In this document: positions 1 through 9,966 of the stretch, piece by piece
Numbering within the stretch: the stretch's first letter is position 1
Layout: every line of letters starts with the position of its first letter
Assembly: GCA_965140415.1 (NCBI GenBank)
Contig: OZ223209.1
Span: forward strand, 3,680,001 to 3,744,000
Direction of reading: 5' to 3'
Length of the DNA: 64,000 nt
From: Myxococcota bacterium
Lineage (GTDB): Bacteria; Myxococcota_A; SURF-8
Program-made: the position numbers and the translations under genes
The notes under the pieces: generated by a model
Seen by the model: the letters and a program-made list of their open reading frames with translations, nothing else
Told to the model about the DNA's origin: nothing
The model's database searches: none

Positions 1-3000
1 CACTCGATATAACCGTAACTGTCCTGCAACGAAAAAAACGCCCAGCGACCACGGCGTCCCATGCGCTCGCCATAACCTTTCACCACACCGGCGACAGTAA
101 CCTCTGCCCGATCTTCCATGCCGTTGATCCCGGCGACATCCGTCCTGCAATAGCGCTTCACTTCACTCATGTACCGGTCCATCGGATGAGCCGAGAGATA
201 GACACTCAATACTTTCTCTTCATAGCAAAGCAGTTCTTTCTCCATCCACTCATCGATTTCGGGATATTCTTCCTGAAACGCCGGGGCAGAATCAGCATTG
301 CCCCCACCACCACCGAACAGATCCATCAGACTGGTCTGCCCACTCTCTCGCTCTTTTCGACGTGCCTGGCCGTTCTCGACCGCTTTTTCCAATACGGCCA
401 TGTTCTTCGCGCGCGAAATCCCGGCAAAATCAAATGCTCCAGCCTTGATCAACGATTCGACGACCTTCTTGTTGACCTTTGACAAATCCACCCGCTCGCA
501 AAAGTCATAAATGGAGGTATACGGTTTTTCCTCTCTTGTCTCTCTGATTGTGTCTACGGCCGCCTTGCCGACTCCTTTAACACCACCCAATCCATAGCGA
601 ATCGAGCCCTCTTCCACCGTAAATACCCAATCGGATTTCAACACGGAAGGCGGCAGAATTTTGATATTCATCGCACGCGCTTCCTGGATGAACTTGACGA
701 TAGTGTCCGTCTTGTCCATATCGCAGGTCAAAGTTGCTGCGATAAACTCGATTGGGTGGTAGGTTTTCATGTAGGCGGTGTAATACGAAATCAGCGCGTA
801 AGCCGCCGCATGAGACTTGTTAAAACCATATTTGGCAAATTCGACCATGTTATGGCAGACTTTTTCGATGTCCGCTTCGTCGATGTCCTTTTTGCGCGCG
901 CCCTCGCGGAAGAGCGTCAGCATTTCGTCCATCAACTTGGCCTTCTTTTTCCCCATCGCCTTACGCAGCGTATCACCCTGCGCCATGGTCATGCCGCCCA
1001 TTTCAGCGGCGATCTGCATGACCTGCTCCTGATAGACAATCAGTCCGTAGGTCTCGTTTAGAATGCCTTCCAGCAATGGGTGATCGTAGGCGATCTGCTC
1101 TCGGCCATGCTTTCTAGCTACGCAGCTCGGAATGTTATCCATCGGGCCGGGCCGGTACATCGCCACGGCAAGAATGAGATCTTCAAACCGGTCAGGCTTG
1201 AGACTCTTCAGCATCGCCTGAAAACCAGTCGATTCCATTTGGAATACGCCGTTGGTTTCACCAGCCGCAATCAACTTGAAAACCTTGGGATCATCCGGTG
1301 TCAATTCCGTAATCACCAGTTGTTCGTCCGGTTTGCGATCCCGGTTGACGAGCTTGACGGCCTCATCGATGACCGTCAGCGTTTTCAGGCCGAGAAAGTC
1401 GAATTTGACCAGACCGACCAGTTCCACTTCCTCTTTGGCATATTGGCTTACCAGGGCATCCTCACCGCGCGTCACCGGCACCATTTCCCACAATGGTTTT
1501 TCCGAGATGACGATGCCTGCCGCATGCAAACCGGTGTGACGCTGCAACCCTTCCAGTTGCATGGCGGTATCATACATCCGGCGGTATTCGGGAGTCGATT
1601 CAAGCAGTTCCTTCAAACGAGGCTCATCGCTAAGCGCGGACTCCAGCGTAACTTTCGGTCCTTCCGGCACCAGTTTTGCGATACGATCCGCCTCCGGAAT
1701 AGGAATGTCCAGCACACGGCAGACATCACGCACGACGCCACGCGCTTTCAACGACCCGAAGGTGGCGATCTGACCGACGTTATCCTTGCCGTATTTTTCC
1801 GACACGTATCGAATCACTTCATCCCGACGGTTCATGCAGAAATCAACGTCGAAATCCGGCATGGAAATACGGTCCGGATTCAAGAAGCGCTCGAAGATCA
1901 AACTGTAAAACAGCGGATCGAGATCTGTAATTTTCAAGGAATACGCGACCAGCGACCCCACACCGGAGCCTCGTCCCGGACCAACCGGAATTCCTTGAGA
2001 TTTGGCATAATTTATGAAGTCCTGCACGATCAGAAAGTATCCCGCGAAATCCATGCGGATGATAATCCCCATCTCATAATCCAGGCGCTTGTCGTAAACT
2101 TCCCGGTCGATGTCATAAGGCAATTTGCTCAAGCGTTCTTCATAACCTTGCATAACCAGTTTCTTGAAATAGCTGACCTGGTCATGCCCTTCCGGTACCT
2201 GGAAGACCGGAAGTTTCGGAGTGCCTAATTCCAATTCGACATTACAGCGTTCTGCAATGCGATATGCGTTCTCAACGGCTTCCGGATACTCCGGGAAGAG
2301 ATCCAGCATGTCCTGCCCAGAACGGAAAAAGAGCGAATCAGTATCGTACCGATGTCGGCTCGGATCCTGCTTCAACTTACCTCTTCCAATGCAGAGCAGA
2401 GTATCGTGGTTGTCGTAATCGGTGGAATTCAGATAATGAACATCGTTTGTCGCCACCAATGGCAGGTTCAACTCCTGAGAAAGTTTCACCAGACCTTCGT
2501 TAACGATTTCCTGTCGATCGATACCGTTGCGCTGGATTTCCAGGTAGAAATTTCCTGGTCCCATTATCTCGGAATACTCAGAGGCCAACGCCCGAGCATC
2601 GTCCATGCGCCCCTGAGCAATCGCCACCGGAATCTCTCCTGAAAGGCAGGCAGTCAAAGCGATCAAGCCTTCGTGGCGCTCTTTCAATAGTTCATGGTCT
2701 ATGCGAGGTTTTCTGTAGAAGCCCTCGATATTAGCCATAGAAACCAGATAGCACAAATTTTCGTAACCCCGAATATTTTCGGCCAATAGTACCAAATGGA
2801 AGTTGCGGCTCTCCTGTCGTTGATGACGACTTTTCTCGGCAACATACACCTCACAACCGATAATCGGTTTGATCTCGGCCTTTTTCATCTGGGTGTAAAA
2901 ATCGATCGCACCATACATATTGCCGTGGTCGGTAATCGCCACCGCAGACATATTCATCTCTTTGGCGCGCTTGACAAGATCCTTAATCCGCACCGCTCCG

Positions 3001-3110
3001 TCGAGAAGACTGTAGCCGGTATGCAGGTGCAAATGTGTAAATCCCGCGTTATTCCGCGTTTGGGTGGTTGCATTTTCGTTGTTGCCAATATCGGAGACAG
3101 CTTCTGACAT
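1..3110 (-). CDS. dnaE: DNA polymerase III subunit alpha (3' end runs off window)
   Basis: Not in ORF track because it is open at the edge. Translated by hand from ATG 3110 (RBS GAGG): FTHLHLHTGYSLLDGA...AITDHGN (PHP domain); later GPGRGSG and SMPDFDVDFC; OB-fold region near position 1. Confidence 0.97.
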   Translation of the reverse strand, partial: MSEAVSDIGNNENATTQTRNNAGFTHLHLHTGYSLLDGAVRIKDLVKRAKEMNMSAVAITDHGNMYGAIDFYTQMKKAEIKPIIGCEVYVAEKSRHQRQESRNFHLVLLAENIRGYENLCYLVSMANIEGFYRKPRIDHELLKERHEGLIALTACLSGEIPVAIAQGRMDDARALASEYSEIMGPGNFYLEIQRNGIDRQEIVNEGLVKLSQELNLPLVATNDVHYLNSTDYDNHDTLLCIGRGKLKQDPSRHRYDTDSLFFRSGQDMLDLFPEYPEAVENAYRIAERCNVELELGTPKLPVFQVPEGHDQVSYFKKLVMQGYEERLSKLPYDIDREVYDKRLDYEMGIIIRMDFAGYFLIVQDFINYAKSQGIPVGPGRGSGVGSLVAYSLKITDLDPLFYSLIFERFLNPDRISMPDFDVDFCMNRRDEVIRYVSEKYGKDNVGQIATFGSLKARGVVRDVCRVLDIPIPEADRIAKLVPEGPKVTLESALSDEPRLKELLESTPEYRRMYDTAMQLEGLQRHTGLHAAGIVISEKPLWEMVPVTRGEDALVSQYAKEEVELVGLVKFDFLGLKTLTVIDEAVKLVNRDRKPDEQLVITELTPDDPKVFKLIAAGETNGVFQMESTGFQAMLKSLKPDRFEDLILAVAMYRPGPMDNIPSCVARKHGREQIAYDHPLLEGILNETYGLIVYQEQVMQIAAEMGGMTMAQGDTLRKAMGKKKAKLMDEMLTLFREGARKKDIDEADIEKVCHNMVEFAKYGFNKSHAAAYALISYYTAYMKTYHPIEFIAATLTCDMDKTDTIVKFIQEARAMNIKILPPSVLKSDWVFTVEEGSIRYGLGGVKGVGKAAVDTIRETREEKPYTSIYDFCERVDLSKVNKKVVESLIKAGAFDFAGISRAKNMAVLEKAVENGQARRKERESGQTSLMDLFGGGGGNADSAPAFQEEYPEIDEWMEKELLCYEEKVLSVYLSAHPMDRYMSEVKRYCRTDVAGINGMEDRAEVTVAGVVKGYGERMGRRGRWAFFSLQDSYGYIE

Positions 3111-3294
3111 CGATTACCTCAATAGAAAGTCCATTTAATAGATTCGAACGACACTACAGTTTTATCAGACGGTCCGTAGCGGATCAAGCCGTTTCGAATT
3201 TATAGTAAACGGAAAGGATGGTCAATCGTAGAACATGTCCGAAAAAATCAGATACCGCTCTGTCCGGTTGTTCATACCTGAAACATCTAGCAGG

Positions 3295-4389
3295 CTAATG
3301 GCGTCGTCCACGGATATTTTGCACTAATTTCTCGATGTTCATGCGTCCGCGCACGCGCACTTTCCTGATATTATTGAAGATCTGGTTTAAATGACCTAGA
3401 TCCGGCGAAACGACACGCTCGCCTCTCGTATTGTTCAGATCGAATACACCTAGATCTTTGTAATAAACCGGAGCCATTTTCAACAACTCATCCGTGGATA
3501 GCTCATCGAAGCTGGTCACGAAACGGCTCTCCGGTTCCCATTCAAGGATGTAAAGAGACTCCAGCGTTCCAAAAAGTTGCGTGGAATGTTCGCCGTAAAT
3601 GCGATCCACATCGACCTGCACGCTTTCATCCAGCGCCCATAACTCACTTGGTCCCAATTGCCGATAGCGCGTCTGCTTGCCGATACTCAACGAGGACATA
3701 ATCCGATCGTGATGCAGCACGCTGCCTGGATGTACTCTGGGATGCAACGGGTACCCGATCGCCTGCACCAGATCGTCGCGAGAGCGAACCATCAACCGGT
3801 CGAAAGCCGTGAGTTTGAACTTTCGTTCGATCAGATCGAACAAGATCGTCCCCGAAGTTCCTGTGTTGGGCATGGATGCCAGCGAAATGACGTTGTCACC
3901 ATCGCTGATCGCCGCCACATTCAGCAGCAGATAGCCACGACCCGCCAGATACATGCGGGCGAATACAACGTTTAAAAACAATGCAACCTGGTGAATATTC
4001 TCGCGAATATCGCCCACCATAATATGGTTTACACCATCGATATACGCTTCGATACCGTATTTCTTCTTGCGAACCAAACGCCCTTCGAACAGGTCGATGA
4101 ATTCTTCTTTTATCTTCCGCCCGCTTTTACTGCGTACGAAATCCCGCATCTCGTACGAACTTCTGAATCCCGGGATATGGAGCAGATGTACCACCTGAAA
4201 CGCCTCTCCCGAAGCGTCGTCCTCTTCGACATAGCAACGGTGATACTCCCTTACCCGGTCAATCAACAAACGGTCATTGCTGCGGATTTCCAGAATCACG
4301 TTACGAAAGCGCAAGCGCAGGCGAGCGGCTTCATCATCGAAAACCGATTCCGGCAAATTCAGTAGTGATCTGATATGTTCGACAGTCAC
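3295..4389 (-). CDS. HprK-related kinase B-like protein with degenerate P-loop
   Basis: Motifs GRLVRK, DRLMV, PRVHPG and ELWALDE..VDVDRIYG resemble HprK-related kinase B; the Walker A position reads MPNTGTSGT. Confidence 0.7.
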   Translation of the reverse strand: MTVEHIRSLLNLPESVFDDEAARLRLRFRNVILEIRSNDRLLIDRVREYHRCYVEEDDASGEAFQVVHLLHIPGFRSSYEMRDFVRSKSGRKIKEEFIDLFEGRLVRKKKYGIEAYIDGVNHIMVGDIRENIHQVALFLNVVFARMYLAGRGYLLLNVAAISDGDNVISLASMPNTGTSGTILFDLIERKFKLTAFDRLMVRSRDDLVQAIGYPLHPRVHPGSVLHHDRIMSSLSIGKQTRYRQLGPSELWALDESVQVDVDRIYGEHSTQLFGTLESLYILEWEPESRFVTSFDELSTDELLKMAPVYYKDLGVFDLNNTRGERVVSPDLGHLNQIFNNIRKVRVRGRMNIEKLVQNIRGRRH

Positions 4390-4453
4390 GAGATGAAAAC
4401 TTCCCCTTACCCCTCAAGGTAGCAGATTCAACAACGAACGGCCCTTTTAAAAT

Positions 4454-4483
4454 ACTATAGAGAAAGCGAAGGATCGCTGTCAA
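4454..4483 (-). promoter_or_regulatory. sigma70-type promoter for HprK-like gene
   Basis: Minus strand TTGACA-N18-TATAGT, about 65 nt upstream of the start. Confidence 0.6.
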
Positions 4484-4498
4484 TATGGAATGCGACCA

Positions 4499-5149
4499 TC
4501 AATTAAGAATTCCTAGCCAATCCCCCATAATGAAGGTCATACGTCCCACCAGCAAGGAAACACGAGCCATAACGGTATATCCAAATGCCGCACCGAAAGA
4601 GATCATTAAAAACCAGATTCCAACTCGCGCCACCTTTCCTGTTGCACCCTTATGCTCCTTGGAAAAGAAGAAATATACCAGCGCGGAAAGCATCCCCAGC
4701 ACCATGACGCTGTTATTGATCGACTGGCTCCAGTCTAGGTGACGTGCGCCCTCTTCCGTGGAAAACACAAGCAAAGGCAAGATGGTTGCAGCAATCTGAT
4801 TGAGCAGGTTTTCCTTCAAGAAGTTTATGAAGAATATACCGGAATACGTTCCTATTACAAAGGAAATTGAGTATCGACTCACCCAGCCTACCTTGGGGAA
4901 CAATCGCAGCAGCATGAACAAACCAAGCACGGCGGGAATGAGATAAATCGTTTGACCGGCTTGTAAATTGTTTACCAGTTTCGGAACGATGACGTTCCAG
5001 ATCTGCATACAGAACAGATATCCCGCCGAAACGCCGACGAACAGGGATTCGCTGAATTTATAAAAAGGATTGTCCTTATACAAGAACGACCAGATACCCA
5101 GCGTCAATAGCGCCCCGATCCAGATACTGAGATCCGTGCTTATCGCCAT
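4499..5149 (-). CDS. Conserved integral membrane protein (last gene of GlmL operon)
   Basis: About 6 hydrophobic segments; motifs SFLYKDNPFYKFSE and FGAAFGYTVMAR; overlaps the stop of the upstream gene. Confidence 0.8.
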   Translation of the reverse strand: MAISTDLSIWIGALLTLGIWSFLYKDNPFYKFSESLFVGVSAGYLFCMQIWNVIVPKLVNNLQAGQTIYLIPAVLGLFMLLRLFPKVGWVSRYSISFVIGTYSGIFFINFLKENLLNQIAATILPLLVFSTEEGARHLDWSQSINNSVMVLGMLSALVYFFFSKEHKGATGKVARVGIWFLMISFGAAFGYTVMARVSLLVGRMTFIMGDWLGILN

Positions 5150-6033
5150 GACGTTCCTCCTTTCCCGGAACGCCGTCGACTGACGAAATAAGCAACATTG
5201 CCGATGATGATAAACAACATAATCACCACATGCGCCGCCGCCTGGGCCGGCATGAATTCCAAAGCCTGACCCGTCGTCAAATCCAATCCAAGTAGCGCCT
5301 CGTAATCGGCAGCACCTTTCAATCCTCCCAAAAAGCCGACGATCTGCCCAGCCCCTAAATAGGGATAGGCTTCCGCCGCCATTACGGCGGTGCTGGCCGC
5401 TAAAACCCGGTAGTCAGGATTCACCGGCTTGGCGAACATCACCCAGGCCGAGGCAATGGGCGAACCACTCAAGCCACCAGAGGCAAACTCAACGGAAATG
5501 GCGACATCTTCGAAATTGTGAACCCGTTGCATCAAAGCCAACTCACCCAGCGGTGTTCCATACATATCATTTGGAAAGGTCTCGTGAATATCCCGATTCA
5601 TTCCCCGAACCACAAGCATGAACCCGGACATATACCCCAAATGCACGTAATCCTTACCATATGTCAGCTTCATTTCCGCAAATTCAGGTTCGTTCAACAC
5701 ATCTCGCATCGCGCGATCCAATAACGCCGGAGCCTGCGGCCACAGCGCTAAGGTCACGACTTTCGCTTTGCGCCGGAAGGCATGGCGAATCGTCGCCTTG
5801 ACCATCGGCTGAATCTCCGGCGAGGTAGACGGGTCATAAACTCCAGCCAGTGTAACCACTTGGCCGGCCTCCAGTTTTTCCATCTCATCGAAATAAGAGC
5901 GGGAAAAATGACCCGGCTTGATCGGCAGTGGGAACTTGAAAAGCAGAGTCAGCGCCACCGTCAGCCCCATAATCAAGAAGATCACGCGCCGATCGATCGA
6001 CAAAACACGCCTGGCGAAGAGTTGAAGTTTCAT
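5140..6033 (-). CDS. Membrane-anchored protein (TM - soluble alpha/beta domain - TM), GlmL operon
   Basis: Start reassigned to ATG 6033 (TGATG overlap with upstream stop, GGAGGAG upstream); motifs YGKDYVHLGY and GFLGGLKGAADYE. Confidence 0.8.
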   Translation of the reverse strand: MKLQLFARRVLSIDRRVIFLIMGLTVALTLLFKFPLPIKPGHFSRSYFDEMEKLEAGQVVTLAGVYDPSTSPEIQPMVKATIRHAFRRKAKVVTLALWPQAPALLDRAMRDVLNEPEFAEMKLTYGKDYVHLGYMSGFMLVVRGMNRDIHETFPNDMYGTPLGELALMQRVHNFEDVAISVEFASGGLSGSPIASAWVMFAKPVNPDYRVLAASTAVMAAEAYPYLGAGQIVGFLGGLKGAADYEALLGLDLTTGQALEFMPAQAAAHVVIMLFIIIGNVAYFVSRRRSGKGGTSWR

Positions 6034-7532
6034 CAATCTCCTCCTCCCAGGTAGCCGCGTTCCATTCCGAGAATGATTTTCAGCGCCGTGGATACCACAC
6101 CAAAAGCCACACCGATCATAATCGCTCGCTGGCTTGCCATATTGGGATACATCATGATCCAATCTGCCAAATCGGACATCTGCCAGGCTTCCGGTAGCCA
6201 GGAAGTCAAGTAATTTCCAACAGGTACCTGACCAAGCATGACGATGAATCCCGCCGCCAATAATAATGCCGCTTCTTTGGAACGCGCTCGAAAAGCTCGA
6301 AAAGCCGCCGAGGCGATAAAGAAGGCCAATAAAGCAAACATAGTTGAAGATAATGGTGCGTAAATATTATGGAATATCCACTGAAACCCGCTTCCGGAAT
6401 CCAATGGCTTTACGTCCAGCAATACGGCTTTGGAACCCGCTCCGAAAATTGCTTCCAATGCTGCGGTCTTCGTACGCGCGTGAAAAGCATCTTTTGCACC
6501 GTAACTGGCTGCCAATCGTGCCACTTCTTGGCCGATCGAACTGATTTTGCCGCTTTCCGGAGAAAAGATCGATTCCGAGTAGGAATGATTCGAGAAAACC
6601 TTTTGAATTTCATCTTCTTTCGCTGCGTTTCCTGTTTGCATTTTACGGCTATACAACTCGCGAACGCTACGCTGCAAGATCGAAAGCAAAATCAATTCGC
6701 TAACAGAATCCAGTGTAATTATCTGGTCATTATATGGCACGCTGCCGGGCAGCAAAGGAGAAACTGCAACCCGGGCGGATGACTTCAACGACTCCGAAAC
6801 TTCCAGCAAATTCATCGTTTCCAGTTCACTCTTAACCTGTTTCACAAACAGAGTGTTGCCCACCAGAACATCCTGCAATTGTCTTGCATATTCAACGACT
6901 TCACGTCCTAAAGGGGTAGCACTGTCGATCAGTTCCCCAGCTTCTCGTTTCGTTTGATCCAGCAATTTTTCAAAGCGTTCCCGTGTTAGGGGCACCTCCG
7001 AGAAAATTGCAGAAAAGCGCTCCGGTACAATTCGATTGTACCGAATCAGTCCATCGATATCCGCACGACGCACCGTATTTCGTCCCAAAACCTCCTCATC
7101 CGGCACCATGCCCGGATTTTGGATTTTGGTGAAAACCATGGCCGTCAATTCTATTTGCGAAGCAGGCAACGTCGTTTCCCGCTGAAGTACATCCTGCCCG
7201 GCGATTCGAATTAACTGTTCGTTATTACCAAGTATTTTTGTTCGCAAAGCCACTTGTTCACCGGGATTGAGCAGACCGAAAGTGATGGTCACAAGGAAAC
7301 CAAGCACCGTGATTGCAGAATATCCCCAGCCTGCGGTTTGCCGGGAAATCTTTTTTACATTCATGTAAAACAAGTTCAGAATTCCAAGAATCATTGTAAA
7401 GACGAAGACGATCAAGGCAAAATCGTTCAAGGTCCGATCCAGTTCATTGAACGGCGGATGCGGAATAAACGCCTGTAGAATCAAGAAGATTCCCATCACG
7501 GCGGTAATAATAAGCGGAATTTCCTTACGCAT
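6033..7532 (-). CDS. Integral membrane protein with large soluble segment, GlmL operon
   Basis: Three N-terminal TMs, about 290 hydrophilic residues, then TMFALLAFFIASAAFRAFRARS and further TMs; RBS AGGAG. Confidence 0.8.
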   Translation of the reverse strand: MRKEIPLIITAVMGIFLILQAFIPHPPFNELDRTLNDFALIVFVFTMILGILNLFYMNVKKISRQTAGWGYSAITVLGFLVTITFGLLNPGEQVALRTKILGNNEQLIRIAGQDVLQRETTLPASQIELTAMVFTKIQNPGMVPDEEVLGRNTVRRADIDGLIRYNRIVPERFSAIFSEVPLTRERFEKLLDQTKREAGELIDSATPLGREVVEYARQLQDVLVGNTLFVKQVKSELETMNLLEVSESLKSSARVAVSPLLPGSVPYNDQIITLDSVSELILLSILQRSVRELYSRKMQTGNAAKEDEIQKVFSNHSYSESIFSPESGKISSIGQEVARLAASYGAKDAFHARTKTAALEAIFGAGSKAVLLDVKPLDSGSGFQWIFHNIYAPLSSTMFALLAFFIASAAFRAFRARSKEAALLLAAGFIVMLGQVPVGNYLTSWLPEAWQMSDLADWIMMYPNMASQRAIMIGVAFGVVSTALKIILGMERGYLGGGD

Positions 7533-7553
7533 CGAATCTCCTGAAACCGAAAT

Positions 7554-8825
7554 TTAATTGGCGACGTGAAAAATCTGGCGCAATGTTTCTGTTAAAAGCG
7601 GCCACTCGCCAATTTCAGCAACCGTCGCCAAAATCACGGCAACGGAAACAGATAAAATCACCAGCAACTTGCCGTAATCCTGCCCCTTCAAACTTCCCAA
7701 CATCTTGGGTTCTTTAGATAAATACGCCGAAGCGGCGAACAATTCCTCGCCGATCAGGGTGTAGTCGCAGGCAGTAATGAAAAACGGCAATTGCGTTACC
7801 ATGGCAGTTCCGGCAATTTGAATCGCCCCGACGGAATGCCCCGTTTCTGCAAGAATCAACGATTCCGCATAAAACGAGCCCTGGTAAAAGATCGTTGCCG
7901 GGCGTTCGCGAATGATGATGCCATCCACCGCCGCCGCAAATCCGAACTGATCGTCGGTAATGTAATGAACCATTTCATCGCGAAAATCCAAGGAATGTCC
8001 GGTGGCCAAATAGGCTTCGCGCACGATCTCCCGCCCAGCCACCATTGCCATGGAACGCGCCACAGGCACATCGATTTCTGTTTGGTAGCGCGACGTATAG
8101 CGCCCTACCCGCCCTAAAATCGTTAGCCCGGCGATGGTTTGCGGATCATCGACATCCATGATACCAGGAATGAACATGACCTTGCGCCCCGTCTCGGCAG
8201 CACGCCCGACCGCTTCGTCGATGACTTCCAGTCCGTTGATACGCCGGATAAACAAGTCCCGGCCTTTGGAAGCCAGACGAATAAAGAACAAGATCAATGC
8301 CGTTACGATAATGGCGGCAATCAACAGGTTCAAACGCTGAAAATTGAACCAGCTTGCAGTTGCGGTAACCGGACCAATCCAGTCGGAATCTCGGTAACGG
8401 CTTCCGGAGTAAGAACGCACCAGGTATACGGCGGACCGCTCGCCGATGGAGTCGATAAACTGGCTTTCCGGCAGATAGGAAACACTTTGGAGAAGCCGAA
8501 AATCCGCTAAAGTGATTGATTTTGCCTGTGTTTTAAATGCCCGCCAAATTTCGACCTTATCGACGATCTCATTCAGCCGTTCCAACTCTTCCGCTCGATA
8601 AAACCGCCCGCCGAGCATCCATTTCATCGAGACCAGCACGTCACCACCGGAATCGTTCGGTTGATCCGTCACGCTTAAAACAGGAATTGGAAGCCCCTGA
8701 TCCACAACCGGAGTTCGTACTGGCGGTAATTCATCCGAAGCGTTAACAAGCCCAGGAAATCCCAACAGGCAAAGCAGAAACGCCATCCAAATCGGGGTTA
8801 ATATGTAAAACCGTTTTACCATCAC
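7554..8825 (-). CDS. Exported beta-rich (FN3-like) domain + TM + DUF6754-like domain
   Basis: Signal peptide, DQPNDSGG motif, TM, then IRRINGLEVIDEAVGRAAETGR, AESLILAETG, QLPFFITACDYTLIGEELFAASAYL; recalled as DUF6754 family. Confidence 0.75.
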   Translation of the reverse strand: MMVKRFYILTPIWMAFLLCLLGFPGLVNASDELPPVRTPVVDQGLPIPVLSVTDQPNDSGGDVLVSMKWMLGGRFYRAEELERLNEIVDKVEIWRAFKTQAKSITLADFRLLQSVSYLPESQFIDSIGERSAVYLVRSYSGSRYRDSDWIGPVTATASWFNFQRLNLLIAAIIVTALILFFIRLASKGRDLFIRRINGLEVIDEAVGRAAETGRKVMFIPGIMDVDDPQTIAGLTILGRVGRYTSRYQTEIDVPVARSMAMVAGREIVREAYLATGHSLDFRDEMVHYITDDQFGFAAAVDGIIIRERPATIFYQGSFYAESLILAETGHSVGAIQIAGTAMVTQLPFFITACDYTLIGEELFAASAYLSKEPKMLGSLKGQDYGKLLVILSVSVAVILATVAEIGEWPLLTETLRQIFHVAN

Positions 8826-8829
8826 GCGT

Positions 8830-9966
8830 TTATAGGCTTTCTATAACTTCCACGTTCGCACGTGGCACCATCACCAGGTTTCCGTCTGCAAATTCGACTT
8901 GCAACACACGCACCATCGTTCCACTCTGCTGTTGCATCAGCACCTGAGGCAAAGCGCACACCGTTCCGATCTGGCCGAAATACGGGCTTCGAATGCAACG
9001 CACCATGGAACCGACATCCAATCCCAATTGCGTTTGCACTTTGTCGGCTGGATGTAAAGCTGTATCCAAACTTTCCCCCAGCGGGATAATGACTTCAGGC
9101 CGCAGAACTCCCGCTCGAATTTGGGTGGTCCCGTTGATTGAAGCCCGCTCGGTTTCGTGCTCTTTTAATAATCGGAAGGTCTTCGAGGCCATCTCGATCT
9201 GGCCGAACCCTTCCGTCACGATGACCGTCAGACCGATGTCCTCGTTCCCTGTAATCGCCACACCGAGATCGTAGCCGAGATAATCCCGTAAGTCGCGATC
9301 ATCGATGCCGCCCACCACAATGCCGGAAACACCGACTTCCTCAGCACGCCGGATCGCTTGCGCGGTCACTAGGGAGCCTCCGACGATGATACAGCCTTTA
9401 TGCTCCTCTTTAATCAGCGACGCCTCCAGCACATCGCCGGGAGAAGAAGCCAGCACGCACAGCGCGCCATACGCTTCACCGCCGATACCGAAAATTCCTT
9501 GAATAAAAGCCACTTCGCAACGAACCGTCACGCCATGTTCCGAAATGATTTCCGTGACAAGACCCGGTAGATAGGCTTTTACTTCAACCGGCAAAGGTTT
9601 ACCGCGCAAGATCACCTGCCCTGTCACCGTACTGATATTTTCAATCGTTGCAGTTTTCGGAGAATCGATCTTGGATTTGAACAAACCGAAAAAGGAAGAT
9701 GCCTGGGCCAGTCGCTCACCTTTTTGGACTAAATCGCCTGGTTTGTGCAGCATTGCTCCAGTAACTTCTCCCGGACCAATCCCCAATGCAGTGGCAATAT
9801 TCACCGGGTAAACGTCTCCCGGCAATTCCGTTTTCGCCACAACCTGCTCGGCGCCAACCCGATCCCCTTCTTGAACCAGCACCTCTCCCGCAATAGGAAG
9901 GATGCGCTTTTTGGTTAGTGGCATTCGCCCCGCCACTTTCAATCCCGGTGTATACGAACGACTCAT
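8830..9966 (-). CDS. Conserved soluble protein with sandwich-hybrid-like motifs and C-terminal KOW/SH3-like domain
   Basis: VLVQEGDRV..EQVVA and KPGDLVQKGERLA; central IVGGS...GIVVGG; C-terminal VGSMVRCIRSPYFGQIGTV; ATGA overlap with the upstream gene. Confidence 0.75.
   Translation of the reverse strand: MSRSYTPGLKVAGRMPLTKKRILPIAGEVLVQEGDRVGAEQVVAKTELPGDVYPVNIATALGIGPGEVTGAMLHKPGDLVQKGERLAQASSFFGLFKSKIDSPKTATIENISTVTGQVILRGKPLPVEVKAYLPGLVTEIISEHGVTVRCEVAFIQGIFGIGGEAYGALCVLASSPGDVLEASLIKEEHKGCIIVGGSLVTAQAIRRAEEVGVSGIVVGGIDDRDLRDYLGYDLGVAITGNEDIGLTVIVTEGFGQIEMASKTFRLLKEHETERASINGTTQIRAGVLRPEVIIPLGESLDTALHPADKVQTQLGLDVGSMVRCIRSPYFGQIGTVCALPQVLMQQQSGTMVRVLQVEFADGNLVMVPRANVEVIESL

Noticed and set aside
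186-3107. Plus-strand ORFs such as 1080..2228
   Set aside because: Antisense to dnaE, which occupies the minus strand.
1-3110. Possible intein in dnaE
   Set aside because: PHP, catalytic and OB regions fall at ordinary spacing, leaving no room for an insertion in the visible part.
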